Source: Squalus acanthias
Taxonomy: Eukaryota
Assembly (NCBI GenBank): GCA_030390025.1
Contig: CM059438.1
Location: 59,770,001 to 59,834,000 of the forward strand
DNA: 64,000 nucleotides
Reading direction: 5' to 3'
Below, one piece after another: positions 35,263 through 45,200 of the stretch (position 1 is the stretch's first letter; every line of letters begins with the position of its first letter). The notes beneath the pieces were generated by a model, which did not search any database, had not been told where the DNA came from, and was given only the letters and a program-made list of their open reading frames with translations. The position numbers and the translations under genes were made by a program.

Positions 35263-35441
35263 GCTCCTTCACTATGTCTATGGCAGCATCCTCTTCCTTG
35301 GTGAAGACAGATGCAAAGAACAACGTACTGATTGGGACCAAAAAGGAGACCTATATTTCTTTCTTTCAAGGTCACCATGGCCCTTAACTTTCATGAGAAG
35401 TCGCACAACACCAGGTTATAGTCCAACAGCTTTATTTGAAA

Positions 35442-35478
35442 TCACAAGCTTTCGGAGCGCTGCTCCTTCGTCAGGTGA
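35442..35478 (-). ncRNA. Minimal type I hammerhead ribozyme motif, mirror copy
   Basis: The minus strand reads TCAC-CTGACGA-A-GGAGC-AGC-GCTCC-GAAA-GC-T-T-GTGA. Confidence 0.7.
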
Positions 35479-35498
35479 AGTGAAGACATTTCTTCACT

Positions 35499-35536
35499 TC
35501 ACCTGACGAAGGAGCAGCCGCTCCGAAAGCTTGTGA
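35499..35536 (+). ncRNA. Minimal type I hammerhead ribozyme motif (Penelope-associated)
   Basis: TCAC-CTGACGA-A-GGAGC-AGCC-GCTCC-GAAA-GC-T-T-GTGA. Stem I is TCAC/GTGA, the core is CUGANGA and GAAA, stem II is 5 bp, and palindromic AAGCTT replaces stem III. Confidence 0.7.
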
Positions 35537-35974
35537 TTTCAAATAAAGCTGTTGGACTATAACCTGGTGTTGTGCGACTTCTCACTTTTGTCCACCCCAG
35601 CCAACACCGGCATCTCCGCATCTTAACTTTTATGCCACCGGTTCCCTTGGTGTATTTCCCCTGGTGTATTTCCCTTGGTGTAATCCTGTTATGTCCCATA
35701 ATGTGGCTTGTGTTAGCTCCATGTACAGGCCGGGAATATTATTCCCAACCCGCTGCTACCCCTGACCTCAAGCGACAGACCAGCTCCTGCACCTCTTCAT
35801 TCAATGCATAGACCACACACACGGCACACAGGGAACATGCTCACATCACAGAGAATGTTAGCACACGCAGAGCGAGAGAGGGCGAGACACTGCGCTGCCT
35901 CGGGCTCAGCTCCCTCACTGTACGGGCCCTGCGTTTCCCAGTTGGGCTACATCACTGAGATCTCTCTCTTTCAG

Positions 35975-36193
35975 GGGAAGGTTGTGGAGGTTTTGCCGCG
36001 CAGTTGCTGAAATCTCTGAATGAATATCGGACGAAGCACGGAGCGAGACCGCTAACCCTGAACCCGCTAATCGGCGAGAAGGCTGAGAAGTGGGCAGAGC
36101 ATCTGGTAACCTCCAAAACCTTGCAGCACAGCGACACACCGTGTGGGGAGAATATCTGGTGTCAGCAAGGCCCTGTCAGTCTGCAGGTCACAG
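35975..36193 (+). CDS. GLIPR2: GLIPR2/GAPR-1-like CAP domain, module 2 exon A (219 bp, phase 1-1)
   Basis: Acceptor ctctctttcag and donor ACAG|gtacgt. Translates EGCGGFAAQLLKSLNEYRTKHG...HSDTPCGENIW...VTG; about 7 differences from 3586-3804. Confidence 0.88.
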
Positions 36194-36756
36194 GTACGTC
36201 ACATCACTGCCTGACACACTCACACACTGTCTCATGGTCAACATCAGGCAGAGACCCCGGCCCATCCAGCCTGTTCCTTCCACAGCCCCTGTGCAGTTTG
36301 CTTTATCCTGGACTCCATACAAGCCACTAAAACTCCTGCAGAAGGGTCCTGCAAAGTTTTTCTCTGCCCCAAAGTAAATCCAGGATATCTACCCAACCTT
36401 CCTTTCTCATCCTTAGTTGCTTGCAGGACATTACACTGGGCCATTGGACTCATGAACCATCATGTTCAACACAGTATCTGAGCATCATTACCAGTCCCTA
36501 TCCTTATAACCCTCGGTCCAGTTCCTAACCATGTATTCAGGTCATGCTCATTCAAGGTGTTCATAAACGCTGCATTAATTGTGTTCATAAACGCTGCATT
36601 AACCGGGAGACTATCCAACGTAATCACTGCTCTAAGAGAAAAAAAACACATAATGGGCAGCAAGCAAGGAGCAGAGGGGAGACAAACAGCAAGGTGGGTG
36701 AGCCCACGTCGGCAGCTATTGTGGGCTTGGATCAGCGCTCCTGCTCCTGCTGTCTC

Positions 36757-37052
36757 CATAGGAACAGGAGGAGGCCGTCCAGCCCCTCGAGCCTGTTCTG
36801 CCATTCCATTAGATCATGGCTGTTCTGAATCTTAACTCCATCTACCCCCGCTTGGTACCCTCAATACCCTTGCCTAACAAAAATCTATCAATCTCAGTTT
36901 TGAAATTTTGAATTGGCCCCCCGGCCTCAACAACTTTTTGGGGGGAGAGAGTTCCAGATTTCCACTAGCCTTTGTGTGAAGAAGTGCTTCCTGACATCAC
37001 CCTGAACGGCCTATCTCTAATTTTACAGTTATACACCCTTGTTCTGGACTCC
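36757..37052 (-). mobile_element. CR1-type LINE 3' end
   Basis: Same 3' UTR family as 8324-8586. Confidence 0.75.
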
Positions 37053-37607
37053 ACTTTAACGTAAGTGACATGAATCTTGTCATTCATGTATGAAGTAATA
37101 CTGAGCGGCCTGCTGGTGGCGCTGTCCAGGGAGAGTATAAATACTCGGGCATGGGCCCAGCTTGCTTCGGACATTCCTCAACAGGAACTTTGAAAGGACA
37201 CAACTAGATCTCCATGTTGTAAAACAGTTGATTAAAGCTTTGTTTAACACTTAGACCAAGTGCCTCGTAGTTTTCTTACGCCAGTAAGTAAAAGAAATTC
37301 TACCTGTCTTTTCTCAGTGACCTCAGTAGACCCAGAAAAACTGAGCGGAACAGGGGCAGCACAGGCTCCTGCCAGTTTATGGCAAATTTGGTCCTAAAGC
37401 AGGTGTCAGACCTCTGATTAGCAATATTCAAGGTGTCTAACACCTGCTCCAGGCAGGCGCCCTGGACACTTGGAGATCTCCGGGGGAGATAGGGTGTGGA
37501 ACGCCTCCCCAAAATTCATCCCCCCAGCGCTCATTTATTGTCTGATAAATATAGAATTACATATAATTTACAGCACAGAAACAGGCCATTCGGCCCAACA
37601 GGTCTAT

Positions 37608-37968
37608 ACAGGTGTACAAGATTATGATGGGTTTGGATAGGCTTGACGGGAAAAGGCTGTTCCCACTAGTTGATGGTACAAGGATTAGATGACACAGATT
37701 TAAGGTTTTGGGCAAGAGATCCAGGGGGTTGTGAGGAAAAACTTTTTTACGCAGTGAGTGGTGAGGACCTGGAACTTGCTGCCGACGGAAGTGGTGGAAG
37801 CGGAGACACTCAATGTTTTCAAGGGGAGACTGGATAGGCAGTTGAGGGAAATAAACTTGCAGGGCTACGGGGATAGAGCGGGGGAATGGGACTGACTGGA
37901 TTGCTCTACAGAGAGCCGGCACAGACTCGATGGGCCGAATGGCCACCTTCTGTGCTGTTATGACTCTA
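37608..37968 (+). mobile_element. CR1-type LINE 3' end, same subfamily as 9693-10168
   Basis: Close reverse-complement match to 9705-10062; ends TTATGACTCTA. Preceded by a short minus-strand CR1 tail at 37551-37606. Confidence 0.85.
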
Positions 37969-38085
37969 GGGGGGAAAAATTTGGTTGCTTTGTGACTCCC
38001 GTTAGCGCCCTAGGGCGCTAATGGGGCGCAAAGCAACTAGCGCCCGGGCGCGGCGCCGCCAACGCCTCCCGCGAAATTCAGCTAA
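37969..38085. mobile_element. Left-end fragment of the MITE family at 8816-9692
   Basis: GGGGGAAAAATTTGGTTGCTTTG...GGGCGCTAATGGGGCGCAAAGCAACTAGCGCCC matches 8816-8930. Confidence 0.8.
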
Positions 38086-38139
38086 ATTAATAAATTCAGG
38101 ACAGGAATACTGCTGTACGTGTGTATTTATTTGTATATA

Positions 38140-38330
38140 ACTGCCTGACAGGGTGATAGAAGCAGATTCAATAGTAACTTTCAAAAGGGGAATTGGATAA
38201 ATACTTGAAAAGGAAAACAAATTGCAGGGCTATGGGGCAAGAGCGCGACTAATTGAATAGCTCTTTCAAAGACCTGGCATAGGCATGATGGGCTGAATGG
38301 TCTCCTGCTGCACAGTATGATTCTATCATT
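38140..38330 (+). mobile_element. CR1 3' end
   Basis: GAAGCAGATTCAATAGTAACTTTCAAAAGGG...GGGCTGAATGG...TATGATTCTA tail. Confidence 0.75.
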
Positions 38331-38461
38331 CTCTCTGTGAATGGAACCTCTGCTGTTGAAATGAATGAAGTTGGGCTACGCAAACTCCTGACTTTGTTTT
38401 ATTTCAGCAATGAAGGAGCAAGCTGATTTTACCAAGCATGAAAATCAAAGCTTCCTATCGC

Positions 38462-38655
38462 AGAATCCTAGAATCATCGAATGATACAGCGCAGAAGGAG
38501 GCCATTCGGCCCATCGTGCCTGTGCCGGCTCTTTGGTAGACCTATCCAATTAACCCCACTCCCCCGCTCTTGCCCCGTAGCCCTGCAAATTTTTTCCCTT
38601 CAAGTATTTATTCGATTCTCTGTTGAATGTTACTATTGAATCTGCTTTCACCACT
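38462..38655 (-). mobile_element. CR1 3' end
   Basis: Same 3' UTR as 34157-34355. Confidence 0.75.
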
Positions 38656-38741
38656 AGAGGGCTTTCTAAAAAATCTGTTAAATTTATGATTAATTGTTGA
38701 TCATTTAAAAAGTTTTTTTGTGTGTTTATTATTGCGAACGA

Positions 38742-39712
38742 GCTGGTTCAGCCTGAAACAGTAGCCAGGGAGTTGGGGGCTAGGGAGCGGAGTTTGTGGC
38801 GGGGACCGAGACAATGACGTCGGTCTTCCCAATATTTAGTTGGAGGAAATTTCTGCTCATCCAGTACTGGATGTCGGACAAGCAGCGTGACAAATCAGAG
38901 ATAGTGGAGGGGTCGAGAGAGGTGGCGGTGAGGTAGAGCTGGCTGTCGTCAGCGTACAAGTGGAACCTGACGCTGTGTTTTCGGATGATGTCGCTGAGGG
39001 GCAGCATGGAGATGAGAAATAGAAGGGGGTCAAGGATGGGACCCAAGATAGATCCGTGGAGGACACCAGACACGGTGTGGGAGCGGGAAGAGAAGCCATT
39101 GCAGGTAATTCTCTGGCTATGACTGTATACAAGGGAGGGTGGGAACCCAGCTGGACGATGGAGGAGAGGTATTGGAGAAGGATGGTGTGGTCAACTGTGT
39201 TAAAGGCTGCAGTCAGTTTGAGAAGGACGAGAGGGATAGTTTACCATGGTCACAATCACAAAGGATGTCATTTGTGACTTTGATGAGGGCCATTTCGGTA
39301 CTGTGGCACAGGGGGATACCTGATTGGAGGCATTTAAACATGGAGTTGCGGGAAAGGTGGGCCCAGATTGGGGTGGCGACAACATGGACTTTGAAGAGGA
39401 AAGGGAGGTTGGAGATGGGGCGGTAGTTTGCAAGGACAGAGGGGCCAAGGGTGTTTTTTTTGAGGAGAGGGGTAATACTGGTAGATTTGAGGGAGAGGGA
39501 GACAGTACCTGAGGAGAGAGAACTGTTGACAATATCAGCTAACATGGGGGCCAGGAAGGGAAGTTGGGTGGTCAGCAGTTTGGTGGGAATAGGGTCAAGG
39601 GAGCAGGAGGTGGATTTCATGGACAAGATGAGCTCGGAGAGGAGAAATAGGAGAGAAACTGGAGAAAGATGTGAGTTCAGGGCAAGGGCAGGGGGTGACC
39701 TTTGGGGAAGTT
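38742..39712 (-). mobile_element. L2-type LINE RT fragment
   Basis: Encodes LYADDSQLY, NYRPISNLPF and HSTEMALIKVTND; collinear with 16900-17900. Confidence 0.88.
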
Positions 39713-40207
39713 TAGCAGGAGAGAAATATTCCGAGGAGCACTGACCATTACTGTAGCACTAAAGTAGAGTGATGCAAGAAGAGTAGTGATGGAGAGAAGA
39801 TGGAGGTGGGAGGGAATATCTTACCAGGCAGGATATCACATATCCTGTCCATAAGTTTGAGACAGGTGTTCGTAAAGCCTTGCTAGATGTGGGAGCAGTC
39901 TTCAAGTCTTGGGACCAAGGTCAGAGGAGATACTGAGGCCAAGAATACTGATAGGTGAAGGAATAAGGGTGGAGTGATTGAAGGTACGTGGTCTTTCCCT
40001 GGGCAGAGCTTCAGCATGTACCTTCACCTGTTGCTTTCCATGCTCCATCACCGTACAATTCCCATTAACTTCAACAGGATTGGGTGCCGTGACATCTATG
40101 GGGAATTCCTCTGCGCACAGATCCTGCTCTGTAATGACTTTTACTGAAATTGCATTTTGTGAAATCTAATTGCCTTTCTGTGACTGTCAATGTTTCGATC
40201 TTTACAG

Positions 40208-40285
40208 GGCAGGAAGTCTCTGATTCCTGGTACAATGAAATTAAAAATTACGACTTCTCCTCTGCCGGATTTCAGAAGAATTGCG
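40208..40285 (+). CDS. GLIPR2: GLIPR2-like module 2 exon B (78 bp, phase 1-1)
   Basis: Boundaries tctttacag| and TGCG|gtaatt. Translates GQEVSDSWYNEIKNYDFSSAGFQKNCG, compared with GAPR-1 GKEVADRWYSEIKNYNF...GF as recalled. Confidence 0.9.
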
Positions 40286-40827
40286 GTAATTTGCTTTTTA
40301 TGAACCCAATGTACATTCAGTTGCGTGACCATCGATGGGAGAAACAACAAGTCTTAAAGGACAATCTGAGTCCGATTGCTGCAATAATGGACCGATCCTC
40401 AGTAAAAGAGGAGCCGAGAAATCCCAGAGCTCCAGGCACAGTGAGATGGGGGTGCGCTGGAGTGGGGTGGGGGTGGGAATGGGGCGAAGGGTCTGTTTTT
40501 AAGTATGTTTCATTACCCGACAGTGATGTAGTTGATTTTCTCTTTTGCTTCGGCTGATGATGCCCTCTGTTAATGTGAGTGATTAAACTTCATGCTCCTC
40601 ATGCTCTACACATTTTAAAATTGCTGCATGCTTCTGACTGGCCGATAGGGGCAGAGATGATAACCGACCAGCATCATAAAGTTTGGAGCCACTTTAAGCA
40701 CTGAGATGTGTGATGGATACAACTCATGCAGGATATTGAACGGTAGACGCTGTGGGTCGTGCGTGCGGGCCGCGCTGTCCCGTGCCCTGTGCTCTTTGTA
40801 AATGACCCCACTGTTGTTCGCCTGCAG

Positions 40828-41076
40828 GTCATTTCACACAGCTGGTTTGGAGAGACTCCAAGGATTTCGGGGTTGGCCTGGCATCTGACGGCAAAGGTCT
40901 CACCGTGGTGGTGGCTCAGTTCGACCCGGCCGGCAACATCACCAACCCGGGCTACTTTGCTAAAAACGTGCTGCCCGTTGGCAGCAAGGTGAAGGAGGGC
41001 GAGGGTGGGTCGGCCCAAGGAGAGAAGGTCAAGACACCTGGTGCACCAGGAACAAGCCGGGTGGCACCAGGGTCAG
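40828..41076 (+). CDS. GLIPR2: GLIPR2-like module 2 exon C (249 bp, phase 1-1): CAP C-terminal half plus a Gly/Pro-rich linker
   Basis: Boundaries cctgcag| and TCAG|gtacgg. Translates GHFTQLVWRDSKDFGVGLASDGKGLTVVVAQFDPAGNITNPGYFAKNVLPVGSKVKEGEGGSAQGEKVKTPGAPGTSRVAPGSG, with the CAP signatures GHFTQ.VW and P.GN. Confidence 0.9.
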
Positions 41077-41395
41077 GTACGGGTTTTGTTCTCTAAAAAA
41101 AACGCTCGCACATAGGAGACATGAAATGTTTAATGGGAATGGACCCAACTGAAGCACACCCAAAGAGAAGGTAGATTGTCCTGAGCATCTCTGAACAGCC
41201 ATGGCCACCAAATCACCACATCCACAAATGCTTATATAAACCATTACTAGGAGACTCGCTGGGGCTGAAAATCCACAGAGGGAATCCCGCGCAACACTTC
41301 CGTTAATAGCTCCGCCAAGGTTAGTGGAGTTTAGGGTTGGGGGGAGGGGGCGACCCCTCAATTAGCAGCCCAATGGCAGGTGCCCACACCTCAAG

Positions 41396-41640
41396 TAGGG
41401 TCGCCAACCCTCCAGGATTGAGCAGGACTCTCCAGGAATTAAAGATTCAGCTCCCGGACGCTGCTGTCAGCAACAATGGAGAAAAATCATCGGGACAATA
41501 AAAAAATATTGCGTCTTTTCATTGTCATTTAATATTTCTAAAAATATTGAAGATGAGGAAATAAGGTTGATTGAGAGACAGTCGGGAATCATCCAGTCGG
41601 GTAATGGAGAGTCTGTTTGCTCTATGATTGGCACCGAACG
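41396..41640. mobile_element. hAT-like MITE fragment, inverted relative to 32944-33317
   Basis: Begins TAGGGTCGCCAACCCTCCAGG, a near reverse complement of the 33297-33317 end. Confidence 0.5.
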
Positions 41641-42261
41641 GTGTTTCTCCATGAGGACGGACATTTCAGGCAACCAATGGCAGAGAGTTGTGGCGGGGCT
41701 GTTGGAGGCCATGTGGTGAAACCTCCACGAATACGTCCAACCAGAATAGCAACCCGAATCACATGGGGTGTATTTTGAGTGACTGCCTTGTTGCAGAGCC
41801 CACGGACTGTGTTGCAAGTTGCCGGTTCAGGGTGAAGGGTTTGTCGAGTCTCCGCAGGAAGAACGACAGTATTTAGGTGAAAGCATTGCCTTTGGGAGGG
41901 GTCCAGGGCAGAATCCCAGCCAGCACCCTCAGGGTGGGACCCACGAGTGCTGCCTGGCAGCCTGGTAGAATACAACTGGTCTCAGCGGTCATTCCACCAA
42001 TGGTCTCTTTGGAGCGAGGAACATTTGAGCTCCTGGCATTGGGAGACCCCACTCCCCCTTCCCATGCCGATGGCCTTCTATGGGATAGACAGAAGTTCGA
42101 CCACAGATAAGGCTCCGCAGAATCCCAGATGTAAGGTCAGGAACCGGCATATCCAGGGCCTGGCCTGAATTCCGGCCCATCCGGCAGGCTCTGGCCTGCG
42201 TTATAGCTGGACAACAGCAGAAGGATCACGAATGTTCAAGCCCTACTGCATCACTGTATGA

Positions 42262-45200
42262 CCCCGCAGGGTGAGGTCACATGGGCCCGCAGGGTGAGGT
42301 CACATGGGCCCGCAGGGTGAGGTCACATGGTCACACAGGGTGTGGTCACATGGGACCGCAGGGTGAGGTCACATGGCCCTGCAGGGTGAGGTCACATGGT
42401 CACACAGGGTGTGGTCACAGGGGCCCGCAGGGTGAGGTCACATGGTCACACAGGGTGTGGTCACATGGGACCGCAGGGTGAGGTCACATGGCCCCGCAGG
42501 GTGAGGTCACGTGGGCCCGCAGGGTGAGGTCACATGGCCATGCAGGGTGTGGTCACATGGCCACGCAGGGTGAGGTCACATGGCCACGCAGGGTGAGGTC
42601 ACGTGGGCCCGCAGGGTGAGGTCACATGGCCACGCAGGGTGTGGTCACATGGCCATGCAGGGTGTGGTCACATGGCCATGCAGGGTGTGGTCACATGGCC
42701 ACGCAGGGTGAGGTCACATGGCCATGCAGGGTGAGGTCACGTGGGCCCGCAGGGTGAGGTCACATGGCCACGCAGGGTGTGGTCACATGGCCATGCAGGG
42801 TGTGGTCACATGGCCACGCAGGGTGAGGTCACATGGCCACGCAGGGTGTGGTCACATGGCCATGCAGGGTGAGGTGACACGGCCCCGCAGGGTGTGGTCA
42901 AATGGCCACGCAGGGTGTGGTCACATGGCCACGCAGGGTGTGGTCACATGGCCATGCAGGGTGAGGTCACATGGGCCCGCAGGGTGCGGTCACATGGCCC
43001 CGCATGGTGCGGTCACACGGCCCTGCAGGATGAGGTCACATGGGCCCGCAGGGTGTGGTCACATGGGCCCGCAGGGTGAGGTCACATGGGCCCGCAGGGT
43101 GAAGTCACATGGCCACGCAGGGTGCGGTCACATGTACCCGCAGGGTGTGGTCACATGGGCCCGCAGGGTGAGGTCACATGGCCACGCAGGGTGAGGTCAC
43201 ATGGGCCCGCAGGGTGAGGTCACATGGGCCCGCAGGGTGAGGTCACATGGCCCCGCAGGGTATGGGCACAAGGGCCCGCAGGGTGAGGTCACATGGGCCC
43301 GCAGGGTGAGGTCACATGGCCACGCAGGGTGAGATCACATGGGCCCGCAGGGTATGGGCACAAGGGCCCGCAGGGTGAGGTCACATGGGCCCGCAGTGTG
43401 CGGTCACATGGGCCCACAGGGTAAGGTCACATGGGCCCACAGGGTAAGGTCACATGGGCCCACTGGGTAAGGTCACATGGGACGGCAGGGTAAGGTCACA
43501 TGGGCCCGCAGGGTGAGGTCCCACGGCTCCGCAGGCTGAGGTCACATGGCCCGGCAGGGTGCGGTCACATGGCCCCACAGCGTGCGGTCACATCGCCCTG
43601 CAGGGTGAGGTCACATGGGCTCGCAGGGAGGGGTCACATGGCCACGCAGGGTAAGGTCACATGTGCCCGCAGGGAGAGGTCACATGGTCCCGCATGGTAA
43701 GGTCACAGGGGCCCGCCAGGTGAGGACACATGGCCACGCAGGGTGTGGTCACATGGCCACGCAGGGTGAGATCACACGGCCCTGCAGGGTGCGGTCACAT
43801 GGGCTAACAAGGGTAAGGTCACATGGGCCCGCAGGGTGAGGTCACATGGGCCCGCAGGGTGAGGTCACATGGGTCCACAGGGTAAGGTCACATGGGCCCG
43901 CAGGGTGAGGTCACATGGGTCCGCAGGGTGAGGTCACATGGGCCCATAGGGTGAGCTCACATGGCCCCACAGCGTAAGGTCACATGGGCCCGCAGGATGA
44001 GGTCACACGGCCCCACAGCATAAGGTCACATGGGCCCACAGGGTGAGGTCACATGGGCCCGCAGCGTGAGGTCAAATGGCCCTGCAGGGTGTGGTCACAT
44101 GGGCCGCAGGGTGAGGTCACATGGCCCGCAGGGTGCGGTCACATGACCCTGCAGGGTGCGGTCACATGGCCCCACAGGGTGCGGTCACATGGGCCCGCAG
44201 AGTGCGGTCAGATGGCCACGCAGGGTGAGGTCACAAGGCCCCGCAGGGTGAGGTCACAGGACCCCGCAGGGTGAGGTCACATGGGCCCGCAGGGTGAGGT
44301 CACATGGCCACGCAGGGTGCGGTCACATGGGCCCGCAGGGTGTGGTCACATGGCCACTCATGGTGTGGTCACATGTACCCGCAGGGTGTGGTGACATGGC
44401 CACACATGGTGAGGTCACATGGCCCCGCAGGGTGAGGTCACATGGGCCCGCAGGGTAAGGTCACATGGCCATGCAGGGTGCGGTCATATGGGCCCGCAGG
44501 TTGAGGTCACATGGGCCCGCAGGGTAAGGTCACATGGCCATGCAGTGTGAGGTCCCATGGGCCCGCAGGTTGAGGTCACATGGCCCCGCAGAGTGTGGTC
44601 ACATGGCCACACAGTGTGAGGTCACATGGGCCCGCAGGGTGAGATCACATGGGCCCGCAGGGTGAGGTCACATGGGCCCGCAGGGTGAGATCACATGGGC
44701 CCGCAGGGTGAGGTCCCACGGCCCCGCCGGGTGAGATCACACGGGCCCGCAGGGTGAGGTCACATGGGCCCGCAGGGTGAGGTCACATGGGCCCACAGGG
44801 TGAGGTCCCACGGCCCCGCCGGGTGAGATCACACGGGCCCGCATGGTGAGATCACACGGGCCCGCAGGGTGAGGTCACATGGGCCCGCAGGGTGAGGTCA
44901 CATGGGCCCGCAGGGTGAGGTCACATGGCCCCGCAGGGTGAGGTCACATGGCCCCGCAGGGTGAGGTCACATGGGCCCGCAGGGTTAGGTCACATTGGCC
45001 CACAGGGTGCGGTCACACGGGCCCACAAGGGTAAGGTCGCATGGACCCGCAGGGTGAGGTCACACGGCCCCGCCGGGTGAGATCACACGGGCCCGCAGGG
45101 TGAGGTCACATGGGCCCGCAGGGTGAGGTCACATGGGCCCACAGGGTGAGGTCCCACGGCCCCGCCGGGTGAGGTCACATGGGCCCGCAGGGTGAGGTCA

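Larger units (their letters stand above)
35394..35621. mobile_element. Penelope-like inverted pseudo-LTR element with a 3' tail
   Basis: Arms 35394-35486 and 35491-35584 (one 1-nt indel), loop CATT, unpaired tail 35585-35621. TSD-like CTTAACTTT(C/T)ATG at 35383-35395 / 35622-35634. Confidence 0.8.

Noticed and set aside
36557..36602. 22-bp direct repeat GTGTTCATAAACGCTGCATTAA x2
   Set aside because: Simple local duplication with no further structure.
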